Shown here piece by piece: positions 21,478 through 33,457 of a DNA stretch of 64,000 bases. Location of the stretch: contig OZ218957.1 in NCBI GenBank assembly GCA_965112735.1, positions 1,054,001 through 1,118,000 on the forward strand. Direction: 5' to 3'. This DNA comes from Phaeosaccion multiseriatum. Its lineage: Eukaryota; Protista; Ochrophyta, other classes. A program made the position numbers and the translations under genes. A model generated the notes under the pieces. The model worked only from the letters and a program-made list of their open reading frames with translations. It searched no databases and was not told the origin of the DNA. Positions within the stretch are counted from its first letter, which is position 1; each line of letters starts with the position of its first letter.

Positions 21478-24400
21478 TCACAGCTCGAACTTGGCTCTCA
21501 AGTCCTCTTCAAAGTAGCGCAACATGTCGGGCGGGATGCCAAACACGGGCGCAGGGAGCTCCTTTTGCTTTGGCACTGAATCACTCTCCTTCTCCTTCGT
21601 GCCAACACCGCCCCCGCCTTCATCGTCATCATCATCATCATCAGCAGCAGCAGCAGCAGCAGGCTTCGCCGCTCCTCGAAGCTGTGTAGGCATGTAGGAA
21701 GCGAAGAGGAGGCCTATCGGGGCCAGATCCAGCGTCGCCGCGTCCAGCACGGCCGCCCCCCTTGCCTGTTCGGCCCTCGGAAGCGCGACCGTCTCTCCCT
21801 CCCCCGCGGGAGCAGGCGGGAGGGTGAGGGCAGAGAGGGCAGTCCCCCTGTTCGTCAGGCTCGAAGGCAAGGACCCCACCAAGGAGCCCAACACAGACAC
21901 CGCGGGGGCGCTGATCTTGTGCAGCATCTGGGGAGACCCTGCGGTCGTGGAGAGGAGCACCACGTCTCTCTTGTGCGTGATGCCCACCACGCCTTGCAGA
22001 GCGTCGCCGAGCACAAACACCATGCTCAGCAGCGTCTCGTCAGGCAGCCGCCATGAGTAGGCGGGGGCCACGCCACTGCGCTCGGGGTGACTCTGCTTGT
22101 CCCCCGGCGTGCCAAAGAGCAATACACAAGAGCCCCCGGCCTTGAGTTTCACACACACCGCCACGTTGGCCACTTTAGCGTCCTCCAGCGCGAGGCCGAG
22201 CCTACCAGAGCGCTTGGCTAGCGCTGCATCCACCACACAAGACGAACTCACTCTTGCCGTGTGTGCCCAGTGAGTGCGCGTGCTCAGCAGGTCCCACAGC
22301 ACGAAGTTCTGCCGCCCCTGCGCAAACAGCGTCGTGCCGCCCCCCGCGGGGAAGGCCAGGGACTGAACAGGAGCGTTGCCCGACCCCGGCGACAGCAGAG
22401 TCAGCATCAGCTGCGCGCCACGGCTCTCCACGCCGCCCGTCACGTCCCACAGAGTGATGACCCCACCAAAGGCCACGGCAAGCAGGGAGCCGTCGTTGCA
22501 AAAGGCGCAGGCCACCGCTGCCCCCGCCCCACCGCGACTCTTGTACTCGACCGCGAATCGGCACCCCCAAATCATGGGCCCTCCCTCACTACGGCTAGAT
22601 GCAGAGGTGGCAGAGTCTGGACGCTGCTGAGGACCCGTGTCAGACTCATCTCTGGGGCGGCACGACCACACCAGAAAACTGCCTCGCGAGCACGTGGAGG
22701 CCACAACGTCCTGCGAGGGGTGGTATGCGAGGTCCGTCACCGCGGCTCCTTTGTGCGGCCTGTCCACGCTCGTCTCCACCACGAAAGATCCCCCTCCTCC
22801 GCTGCCGCCGCCCCCCCCTTCCACACCTTCCTGCTGGGGCCGCTTCGTCCAGAACTTGATCATAAACCGGTACTCCTCCTCGGCCTGCTGCAAAGGCCCC
22901 AGGCCCTTCTCGTATCTCTTTTGCAGGGTCACGAGTCGTCGACCGCCCCCCCCCCCGCTAAAGCAGGCCCGGGTCACCAAGGGGGGGCGGACCTTTTCAT
23001 TGTCTGTCCTGCTCACTCTATTGAAAGGCGCTACTTCGAGCGTTTCGCTCATTGCGTCCGCTTGGGGATCGAAAAACTGCAGCGCGCCAGGCTCCCCATT
23101 CAGCACCAGCCGACAGCCTGTTCTGGAGTCGCTGGGGTGGTCGATTGATGGAATGGCGGGTGTGGGTCACGGGGGTGGGTGGGTCATGAAGTGTCGGGTC
23201 GGCGCCAGCGCACAGAATTTGAGGAGAAGTGTAAGAGCAGGTACTTACCCCGCATCAACAGACAGCCTCAGAGAGTAGTCCGACGCATCGTCTCCCGCGC
23301 TCGGCTCCAGCGTCAGGCCCTGGAGCTGCCACAGCACAGCCCACTCCGCCAAGCCCACCAACTTGACACAATTTGCTGCGTGTTTGCAGGAGAGTAGAAA
23401 GGGGCACTAAACGTTATAGAGAGCACTGCGCATCAGAGGGAAGAGGCTCAAGTGCCCCGCTCACCTCCAGTGGTGACTGCCAGCTTGCTCGACCCGTCGG
23501 TGCTAATGCTGATGGACACGACAGGCGCCCCGAGCCGCGCCAGGAACGCCATGGTGCCCAGCTCCAGATTCCACTGTGATGCGAGCGGTTACGAGTGGGT
23601 ATACAGTCAGCTCTCTGCACACTCGTTAACCACTTGTGTACTTGATACGCTCTCACTCACCTGCACAAGCACGGCTTCCTCACCCCCGCTGAACAGGAAG
23701 CGGCCGTCCAGAGAGAAGCACAGCGCCCGCACGGCGTGCGCGTGCCAATGTGAGATAGTCTTGTGCAGGCGCTCTGAGTATAGGGGTGGGAGAGGGGTTT
23801 AGTTACGAGGGGCCCAGTCAAGGGGGGAACTTAAAACAACCCACGATTCGCACCTTGGCCGACCTCTGCCTGCGCGCACTCCACCACGTTTCTCCACAGC
23901 GTGACGCTGCCATTGGCGTGCCCCGTGGCGAGCAGCCCCCCAGCCCCCGAGGCCATGGCTGTGATGGGCTTGTCGCTGTCACCCGCGTACCACTTGCGGC
24001 CCGTGGAGTGGCTCACCAGCCACAGCGAGGAGCCGCACGATACGGCCACGTAGTGCTCCTGCTCTCCCCCCGCCTGGAGGGGGCCCGTCTCGATGGGGCA
24101 CACATGCATGCGACGGGGAGTCGTGCCCTCCAGCACAACGGACTGCAGCTTGGGGGCCTTCTTCTTAAGACTATAGCACACCACCTGGACAAAGGGGAGG
24201 ACACAAACCGGGTCACCGTTCTGTCTCGGGCAAAGCCTTTGTACGAAAGAGAAACCAGCACTTAAACCATCACTGACCATCCAGGTCTTCTTTCGCTGAT
24301 CCGGTGTCTCTCCCCCCTTCCCGTGGGCAAGCCTTTCGTCTGCGTGTGTGAGGGTGATGGTGGTGGCAGAAAGAAGCAGCGTTAGTGCAGCAGGATCCCT

Positions 24401-25004
24401 TTCGTAGCTTGCCAGCCTAGGCGAGAGAGAGAGCAAGAGAGACCGCACCTCTCGCGGCGCGGATATTGTCAGATATATCGCTCCTCGGTCGCTTCTTCCC
24501 CTTGGCGCGGCCACCACCATCTTGCTGCGTAGTCACATAGGCAGCAGCCGGACACGACTCCGTGCCTGGCACGACAAAAGAAGTGTGGGCCTTTCCCGAG
24601 GGCAGCTCGTAGGTATTGAGGCAGCGCGGCCCGCCCTCCGCCCCCACGTCCCAGCTCTTCAAAGCCCCATCCAGGCTGGTGGTGAGGATATCTCCCTGTC
24701 CATGGGGGGGGCTCTGCTGTATGGAGGTGACTTGTTCGCGGTGCCCGTCGAGGCGAAACACCTCCTCGCCTGTCTCGACGGCAATGCCCTTCACGCTGTT
24801 GCTGCAGGCCACAAGCAGCGTAGCAGAAGCCGCGTGGAAGAGCGGCGCGCACGTATAAAAGCGTCCAGCGAGAGGGTGGCGAGTGCCGGCCACCGCAGCC
24901 GCCAGCTTCTGCTCGGCCTCCGGATCCAGCTCCTTCCTGCGTGGCTGCTCGCTTCTGACCTTCTCTGCCACATTCTTCTTCGCCCTCTTGCCCGCGGACC
25001 CCAT
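21478..25004 (-). CDS. WDR75: WD40-repeat protein WDR75/UTP17(NAN1)-like (SSU processome), multi-exon
   Basis: WD repeats plus HWHAHAVRALCFSLDGRFLFSGGEEAVLVQW...FLARLGAP, LNGEPGALQFFD and IKFW motifs. Checked exon joins are in frame. Confidence 0.8.
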
Positions 25005-25070
25005 TGGTCTTCTTTCCAATTTTGGCTTTGCTTCACCGATATCCTTCACCACAAGCTGAGAATCCTAACC

Positions 25071-25119
25071 AATATCGATATCGATCCGAAAGTCGATATC
25101 GTTTCCGAAAGTCGATATC
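25071..25119. promoter_or_regulatory. Candidate promoter element: 16-bp direct repeat tccgaaagtcgatatc plus palindrome atcgatatcgat
   Basis: Copies at 25085-25100 and 25104-25119, about 70-115 bp upstream of the WDR75 ATG. Function is inferred from position only. Confidence 0.35.
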
Positions 25120-25302
25120 TTTCTCTCTCTTTCTCTTCTCCTCTTCCCCCCCCTCTACTACTTTACTTGTGAGATGAAGTTGCGCTGAAACTCAACCCGT
25201 TCCACTCTGATTGAGCTACTCGTAGGGGGGGACAGAAGTGAAGTAATTTTTTTTTTTTTGGTCGCTCCAGAGGAGGGAGAACCACCCCCCCCCCCGTACT
25301 GA

Positions 25303-27263
25303 CTAGTGTCCTAGTGCTACGCGTGGTTTACGAGTGCCGGAGAGGGCCGCGGGGCTTTCAAGAAAGGCCGGCATGCGCAGTTTGTTCTCCTTGATGTGCT
25401 CCACGAAGCTCCACGTGATTGGGAGGCCTTCCAGCTTGACTCGCATCTGTGCCTTTTCCTGCTCACACAAGCAAAGGAAGAGAGCCAGTTAGGAAGTACG
25501 AATAAGGAGCCGTCTACTTCCTTCTGTCCCTCCTCCTCCTGCTCATCCTCCTACTCCTCCTCCCCCTGCACCGCAAATCACTCACCTTGTTGTGCTCATG
25601 CAGGGCCTGGTCGGCCAATGAGGGGACACAGCCAGGCTTGCCCCACGTACTTGGCGGTATAAACCACTTTTGGCCGTACTCGAGTTTCCTCCTCCTCCTT
25701 TGCTGCGCGGGCGCACCTTCTACCGCCCCGTCCCGCCCTGCGTGCACCCCCTCCCTGTCTCTCGCCACACCTTTGCCATCCTTGCCCCCACCGCCTGGAA
25801 AGTGCGTGTGGGCCTCACTCCAACCTTGCATGAGGCGGAGTGGTCTGGTTGCTCTCCATCTCCAGGGGGGGCGCGACGAAGACGGCACACACCCATCCGA
25901 CAAGGCCCTCCCCGTCGCTTGAGCTTTGGCCTTGGCGGCGGTGAGGATGATCCCCAGCGTCACGGAGGACGGTGGAGCTGCGGCTGTGGAGGGCAAGAGC
26001 TCGTCGCTCTTCCCCAGTGGTTCTTGTGCAGCTGCTCCTCCTCCTCCTGCTGCTGCTGCTGCTGCCAGTGGCACCGCAACGCCCTCCGCGCTGTCGCTTC
26101 CCGCCATGTCTTCTGTGTCGTCGGCAGCGAAAAGCAGCTCTGGGGGGACATTCTCGGCGAGCTTGACTGTTGTGGGAGGGCGAAAGAGGTGAAGCTCCTC
26201 TGTTGTGGATCCAAATTCGTGTTCGCCCATAGAGGCCATACCCCCGCGCAACGCATTCAAGTCAGTCACATCCGAAGGAACGTCCCGTAGTGCCTTCGCA
26301 AAGTAGGCGTTGGTGGCCTCATCTTCGGCGGCTTGTTGCTGGTGCAACGATTTGAAATCTCGATCTCTGGCCTTGGACCTCGCTTCCTCGGACAGCAGGT
26401 CTCCTCCTAAGCTAAAGCCATGGAATACATCCATCATTGCCGTCGTCTCTGCCTCTGCCTTGGCCTCCGGTGCGGTTTCGGCTTCGTCCTGGAAATTGTC
26501 CTGCTCGTAGAGGCGTTGCTGGCGGGCTTCCCACTGCTCTGCCAGTTCGGCCTGTTCCCGCTTTTCTTTCCTCGACGCATACGGTGGAAGCTCCCCGACC
26601 TGACCTTCGATATCATCACCACCGCCGCCCGAATCGTCTTCCAATTCTTCGTCGTCTTCCACTCCCTTGTCGCGTCCGGGCTCTGAGCCCGTCCCATCCC
26701 TCCCCCACTGCTCTGCCTCGAACACCTCGTCGTAGTCGTCCCCCTTCGCTTCTCGATTAAACTTCGAAGATCTCATCGGGAAAGCATGCATCAGATCCAC
26801 CCCCATGGGCGGTCTCTTCGAGGCCATCATCTGGTACATTATCCGACTCTCCACACACTCCACTCGGGGGTCTAACGGTGCGGCCGATAGTTTGCGCCTG
26901 TGAGTCTGGCTCTTGGAAGGCGGTGGCTGGCTTGGCCTGACCGGGAACGCCCAGTCTTCGACGGTCGAAAAGAGCGACTGGTTGCATTCATGAGGCTGAA
27001 GTCCCTGGAACCGTGCTCTGGACGCCGCCACCATGGCAGCCGGCTTTGAACAAAGCAATCACAAAGCTTAGAGAAGAAGGCCTGGATTCGCGAAACGTCC
27101 TGCCAACTGTGAGTCACCATACGAAGGCATATAGGCACGCTGGCTCCCCCTTCCTTCCCACCTCTCTGGTTGCTGCAGCTCTGCTACTGCTACTGCTGCT
27201 TGATGGTTTGGAGGTGCGTGTGCTCTCTGCTGTATGGAGCACCTGCGGCTGGTCTCTGAACAT
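25303..27263 (-). CDS. Hypothetical acidic/disordered protein with a conserved-looking C-terminal module
   Basis: 514-codon ORF 25514-27058 plus a spliced last exon (EKAQMRVKLEGLPITWSFVEHIKENKLRMPAFL...*, stop 25303) and a probable first exon MFRDQPQ. The start is uncertain. Confidence 0.6.
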
Positions 27264-27392
27264 GTGGAGGAGCAGCATTGTGGAGGAGCAGCATGTATTT
27301 TTTTTCTTCCCCTCTCCCTCTTCCCTCACGTGGGCTGCTGAACAAACAAGCTGCACCGCAGCAAGCTGGAGGGGTATCAAGTGCTAGCTAAA

Positions 27393-28527
27393 ATGATTTT
27401 CCTCCGCGCTTTCCCAATCCCGACAGGCCCGTGGCGGCGGGCGTGAGGCGCCTGTCTTCCTCATTGGCGCAGCCTTGGGGGAGGGTCTGCAGTGTGAGAG
27501 CACGACCCGTGCCTGCTGCTTCTGCGGCTGCAGCTGTTGCCGGCGATGCTCGCCGTCTTTCGACCGCAGCCTCGTCAAATGAGCGACCAGATCACTTCAC
27601 TTTCCCGAACGAGGGCCCAGGAAACAACTACGATGTCAATTGGTAAGGAGAAAGCATACAGGCCTAGCTTCGCCCTTGTGGAGGATTGACACATGCTTGC
27701 CTTCGGTTCACCTCTCGCAATTGCCGTTTGCAGGTCTATAGCGAAGACGGGGGTCGCCCCCAGCGGGTGGGCATACCTGAACTTGGATGCCGCAGCCTTG
27801 AAAGAGTGAGCAAAGACAGAAAAAGGACACACATACGAGAGATGCCTAGGCTCATCCACTATTGTCTCGCACCCTCCTGTCCCGTCGTTGTCAGGTATAA
27901 AGAGCCTGCGGGGAAGGCCAATCCTACCCTGGCAGAGGCCGGCTCGGACGCGCTCTCCTTCGACGTCTTTGACGACGTCCGGCTGGCCATGTCCACGCAG
28001 CTGTCTGCCGCCTCCAAGCTTTTCGTGGCGGATGGCAGCGTCAAGGGCGGGGGGGCGCCCATCCGCGTCATTTCAGACTCTGCAGGTGCGTGAGTGCGTG
28101 TGTGCTTGATATGTTGTTGATTTTCGGGCACCCCCCCCCGCCTTACATGCCATGCCTTTGCCACTGCCGTGCCCCCCGACAGCGACGGCTCAAGCTGCAG
28201 CCAAGGAGTACGGCTCTCGCGCGGACATGGCCGATGCATCCATCCTGGTCATTCACTCCAAGGTCCGTACTTCTTTCCTCTTTCAATCAAGTCTACTTCA
28301 GTTGACAACTCACGCCGAGGAGCTGCCGTTCTCCTCCCCGCCCCTCCCTCCAGGCCTATAAAGAGGAGCTCGCTGCCTTGCAGTACGAAGGAGGGGATGA
28401 CGACGACGACATCACAGGGGCGACTGTTCTGCTGGGAGGAGCCGTATCGGGCGGCGCGCTGCACAATGCGGTCAAGGAGGCCGTGGCTGCCATGAACCCC
28501 AAACCCAAACCCGCCACAGAAAGCTAG
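27393..28527 (+). CDS. Short PEPCK(ATP) N-terminal-domain-like protein with putative mitochondrial presequence
   Basis: Arg/Ala-rich leader ending RRLSTAASS. NYDVNWSIAKTGV..YLNL and FDDVRLAMSTQLSAASKLFVADGSVKGGGAPIRVISD resemble the PEPCK N-lobe. Ends ...KPATES* with no P-loop. The start requires a 50-nt intron (27443-27492). Confidence 0.6.
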
Positions 28528-28653
28528 ATTTCCGAAGATTGACTGCGTCAGACGGAATGAGATAAGAAAGGAAAGGTAGCACACACACTCTCAGCTCAGT
28601 CGGAGCAATAACGTGGACAAAAATATTAAAATTTGAAATATAGTGTATCCAAT

Positions 28654-29912
28654 TTAGCGCCTCTTGTTCCCCTTGCTGGCGTCGAAGGCCTCCATGTGCC
28701 CAACGAAGAGGCTCTCCTCGATGCTAATGTCGGACAAGAGGCCGCGAGTGGCGCGGGCCATGTGTGCCTTGCTGGGCCCGTCCGACATGCTAGGGAGGGG
28801 CGCCTCTTGCGGTCCGGCCTGCCGGATCGTGAACGGCTTCCGCGTGTGGGCGCGGGCGTGCGGCAATGGGCAGCGACTGCTGCTGCTCTCCTCTGGTCTC
28901 CCTGAGGTGGTGCTGGGAGCGTGAGGTCCCAAGGACGAGAAGGAGGACGGGGGAAGGTTTACGCCGGGGAGGGGGAGGGGTTGGACTTGGACTTGCCCCT
29001 GCTTGCCGTGTCCTTGGCCGCTCATGCGAGACAGCCCTGCGGACGACGAGTAAATGTAGGCCAGCGTGGCGGAGGCACTCGCTGCGTCTGCTTGCTGCTG
29101 CGTGTGCCGGGTACTATTGACACTTGCGGTGCTGCTGCTGCTGCTGATACTGCTGCTGCTGCTGGCGGTGCGCGCCCTACGGCTGCTTCCGGTACCCGCA
29201 CTCTCCCTCTTGGGTGCAGCTGGAGCAGACGCTGCACGCGGTAGGCGGGGTTGAGCTGGGGGCCTGTGGACGTTACACTCACACTCGGCACATGCTTCGT
29301 TTGCCCTCGCTCTTTCTGGGGCCTCAATCAGCTTGAAGCGGCTGTGAATCGGTAATTTGAGTTGGCAGGGTCGGACAAGGGGGTGTCAGTGCGCGAAAGC
29401 ACACAAACTTTTCAAAAAAAAAACCCACTCACAGCACACCGACAGCACACACACACTTACAGGTAGACACCGCGCAAGTCGTCCTTGAGGCGGGATACTC
29501 GCGTCGTGAGCACATGGTTGTCGTGAAGCAGACGCACACACTTGCCGTCCAGCGCCTTCACCTCGGAGGGCACACAGGGCACACTCGCCCCGTTCTGTGG
29601 GGAGAGAGAGAGAGGGAGGACAGGTGGACGGCTTTATACACTGTAGCTCAGCTCAGGGGGGGGGGGAGCAAAGGACTTGGCTGGTGAGGGGACGAGTTGT
29701 TACGGGGTCGTAAGGAGTCGCACACAGTAACACAACGGATGTCTTACCTCCTCGCCGTGCTGCAGGGAGGGCACGTGTCTCACCAAATCGGAGGCCCCTG
29801 AGAACGGAAGGGGGGGGGGGGGTGAGAGGGGCGGGTGGAATACGGTGAGGGGGTTCCATTGAGGCGGGGGAGGGTGAATTGGCGCACCAAATAAGGGCAA
29901 GACACAAAAACA

Positions 29913-29967
<55 letters not shown>

Positions 29968-32900
29968 GGCCACAGGGTGTGCACGATACCTCTTGTGAGC
30001 TCTCCGAGGGTGGGTGTGAGGTGATCAATTAAGGCCAGGCAATTGGTGAGCTCGGTGAGGACGGACTCCTTCTCCGAGAGGGCGGACCCCAAGGGGCGCT
30101 CCTTCCGCCCCCCCCCGCTCTGCCCGGAGCTCTTCGCTGCTGCTGATGCTCGTGCCGCAGACGCCATAGCCGCCGAGGCTGTCTGCTTGCTCTGTGCCTG
30201 CTGCGCCACTGCCTCTCGCAGCCGCGCCTCCAAGTCCGCCCTGGTAAGGTCCCAGGCCTCCTCCCGCACCTTTCCATCGCTCACACACGCTGACAGACGA
30301 GCAATGTCGCTGTCGCGGTCGGCAATCTGTCCGGCAAGGCAAGGGGGAAGGAAAGAAGAGGCTTTGTAAAGACACACACAGCGCTTCTCTCGGGAGGTGT
30401 GTGTTTGTTCTAGACACACTCACAGCCCCTCCGTCCCGCGCACCACCACACCACCCACCGTTGCCGCCGCCTCATCTACTTGTCTCTGCAGCTCTTTCTT
30501 GTCCAAAGAGAGGGCTTCCGCTGCCGCCAGAGCCTCGCTGAGCTCGTTCAGTACTCTGCGACGCATGAGAGGGACAGAGTGAGACAGGCGTGAGACCCTT
30601 TCCGCAGTGCCTCCCCCCCGCCGTGACCCCGGACCGACGTACATTGGCTGCCTTCCCTCCTGCATCTCCTTCTCTCGTTGGAGCGTGCGGAAGCGTCCCC
30701 CCAGCTCAGCCCTCGCCTCCTGCATCCCCTCCAAGGCTTCGCAGCACAGCCCCGCCGCCCGTCTACATCCTTCCAGCCCCTCCCCCCGGCCCTCCTGCTC
30801 CTCCAGCTGCTGCAGCAAGAGGAGGGAGTCTCTCGCCCGAGCCGTCTCAGTCCCTATCTGCCCGGCTGCTGACTCCGCCTCTTGCTCCTCCTCCTCCTCC
30901 CCCTCCTCCTCCCCGCTGCAGAGAGCCTTCAAACCGGTCTGCAGCTTGAGCAAGTCGGAGGCGATGCCGCTCAAAAGGGCTTCACACAGCGACTGCCCGG
31001 GGTTGGGGGGGGAGTGGGGTGGGGGGAAGACTTGGGCGTCGGCGCACGGCTTTACTGAGGAGCACACACGACAGCAGTCTCTTACCTTCAAGTTGCTGCT
31101 CTCCTCTTGCAACTGCTCTTGAGTCTCTCTCAGCTGCTGAGCCTCAGTCTGCGTTGCCTCGCCCTGCTTGGTGAGCTCCACCACTGCCTGCCCTTGCTCC
31201 TCGCTTTGCTGTCGCTCCGTCTCCAGCTCTGCACGCACCATCTCTACCTCCTCCACCGCCGCGGCACGGGCTTTCTCCATCCTGGATACACACAAAAGCA
31301 GTGCAAGACGTAGGGTGAGCTGAGCGAGGAGCTTCACTGACATGCAGTCTCATGCAGTCATACGGGCTTGGGGGAGGGAGGCATTGCAACTACTCACTGC
31401 CGCAGCTCTGCCGTCTCGGCTCTTAGGAGCTTCCTCGAAGACTCCAGCCTCGTCTGTTGCTCCTCCAGCTCCTTCTTCATGGAGCCCATCCTCTCCTCCA
31501 TGCCCGCCATCTTATCCGTGAGGCCCACTCTCTCGCGGGTCTACAAAGGGAAGGAGGGGGGGGGGGGGGACGTCCGCATGTTGGGAACATGTTGCGCATC
31601 CTTCACTCATCAGTGGAGATGTAGGGCAATCTCAGGCACCTTACCTGCGTGAGTAGGCTGCTGGCAAGCTCCTCCTTCTCCACTCCCCACCGGACCCTGT
31701 CTTCCCTCTCGAGAGCAAGCTGTGCGACAGCCTCTCTCCTCCTCGTCTCTGCCTGCTGTACCTCCTGTGTCAGAGCAGACACGCGATGGCCATTCACCAC
31801 CTCCTCCTCCTAGTCAATTCACACACACACACTCGTATGCGTTAGAGCGGCTTCCCCTCTGATGCCCTCTGCTTGAGACTGATACGGACCTGTAGCTTGG
31901 TGTGCGCAATGCTGGCGGCCGAGCGAGCAGAATCGGCCTCCGCCTGAAGCTCCTCCACGCGCTTGCCGAGGTCTCGCATGTCCGTCTCAAGCAACGTGCT
32001 CAGCTCTGAGAGAGGCGCGGCGCACACGGGCAGTCGAGGACTCTCAGTGTCTGTCTCGACGAGAGTGAGTGACAAGAAGCACAATGGAGAGTGCTACTGA
32101 CCTGCTCGGGCTTGGTCCCTCTCGCCGAGTGCCTCCTGCACATCGTCACAGCACTGCGCCTCCAGCTGCTCCATGTCGTCTGCTCAGTTGCCATCCATCC
32201 CCAGAGAAATGACGTTTTGAGTTCCATACAAGTCTCTTGAAAGGAGAGGTTCAGCCGTACAAGCAATCTCACCTTGGAGCGAAGCCAACTTGTCCGATGC
32301 TTCCTTCAGCTCGCCGTTCAGATCAGCGTTCTAATACACACAGCAAGAGCGACTATATTGGTGCCTGCCTGCCCTCCCCGACAGAAGCAACAAGTGCGCT
32401 TACCTTTTGGTTGACCTTTTGCACGAGCTGATCTCGCATGAGGTCGCTCCAGGCCTCACCCTAGAGCGTTGGAGTACAGAGTGTCAGCAAACGGAACACG
32501 GAAGCGAGAGGCGCTCTTAACCCTTACTCACCTCCATACTCTCCACCTGCCGCTTCAGCGCCAGTATTTGCTCTTCGCGCTCCTCCGCCTCTGCAGTGTA
32601 CTTTTCGCACTGGTGGTGTCCGGAAGAGCAACAAGAGGGGTGGGGGCGTGAGGTGGTGCAGGCGGGCAGTAGCTATATTGCTGCTGGGGCGCGCACAGCG
32701 GACACCAACCTCATCCGTCTTGGCAGCCAGGTCGTCGAGCAACTCCCCTTCCTCGAAGGTGCAGCCCCGCTCCTCCTTCAGCCTCTCGTTGTCCTTTAGC
32801 ACGCACTGCAAGTGCAGTCTGCAAAGAAGGGCGTAAACATGAGGGTGCATTAACTACTTTCCCTCACCCCCCTCTCGCTTAAATCACTCACTTGAGGTCC

Positions 32901-33253
32901 ATGATGGTGCGGTTCAGCTGATCAATGTGCTCTTGCTTCTCCTCAAAAGTAGGACTCCGTGGCCCAGAGCCTTGGAGCCGCTCCGCTTCGATGGCTTGCA
33001 GCAGACGCAGACCTCCTGGTGTCCTCGCGGGTGATGTTGGTGTCCTCGCGGGTGAGGGGCCACGATCGTCCCCTGCGAATAGAGAAAGCGATCGGACACG
33101 TGAGAGGCTGTGAGGTGAGGCAGAAAGTGTGAGACCGGCAGAAGGTGAGCCAGCAAGTGGCGAGGGGGAAAGCCATGCTGGGAGCGAGGCGGCTTTGCAC
33201 TTACTCATCGCCCGAGGAGAGGGACTTTCGAGCGGTTGCAGTTGCTCCTCCAT
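28654..33253 (-). CDS. Large multi-exon coiled-coil protein of unknown function
   Basis: A series of E/Q/K/L-rich heptad exons bounded by GT-AG sites (e.g. EEKQEHIDQLNRTIMDLK, LETERQQSEEQGQAVVELTKQ). Exon structure not fully resolved. Confidence 0.7.
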
Positions 33254-33457
33254 GGTCACGAGATACCTCTTCACGTCGCTCGGCAGACCAACCCCTAGAA
33301 GCAGAACTACATGAAAGCAGGACAAAGGAGGCTCCTCTTTATAGTTTGGAATTGATTTCTCCAACTGTTGGATGGTCCCATTATCAGTTTACAGGATCTG
33401 TGACTTGGTGAACCAACACCCCTACCTAGCCTCACTCCGTTCACTCCGGTGTCCCTC

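Noticed and set aside
24278-24520. Apparent frameshift between the two WDR75 5' ORFs
   Set aside because: Resolved by canonical introns around a small exon (DERLAHGKGGETPDQRKKTWM).
25168-25215. Possible C/D-box snoRNA (AGATGA...CTGA) near WDR75
   Set aside because: The C box is imperfect, the span is too short, and I could not verify a terminal stem or rRNA guide. An Infernal/snoscan search would settle it.
27431-27646. Non-AUG start or pseudogene status for the PEPCK-like gene
   Set aside because: A 50-nt GT-AG intron links ATG 27393 in frame, which is the simpler explanation, though it needs RNA confirmation.
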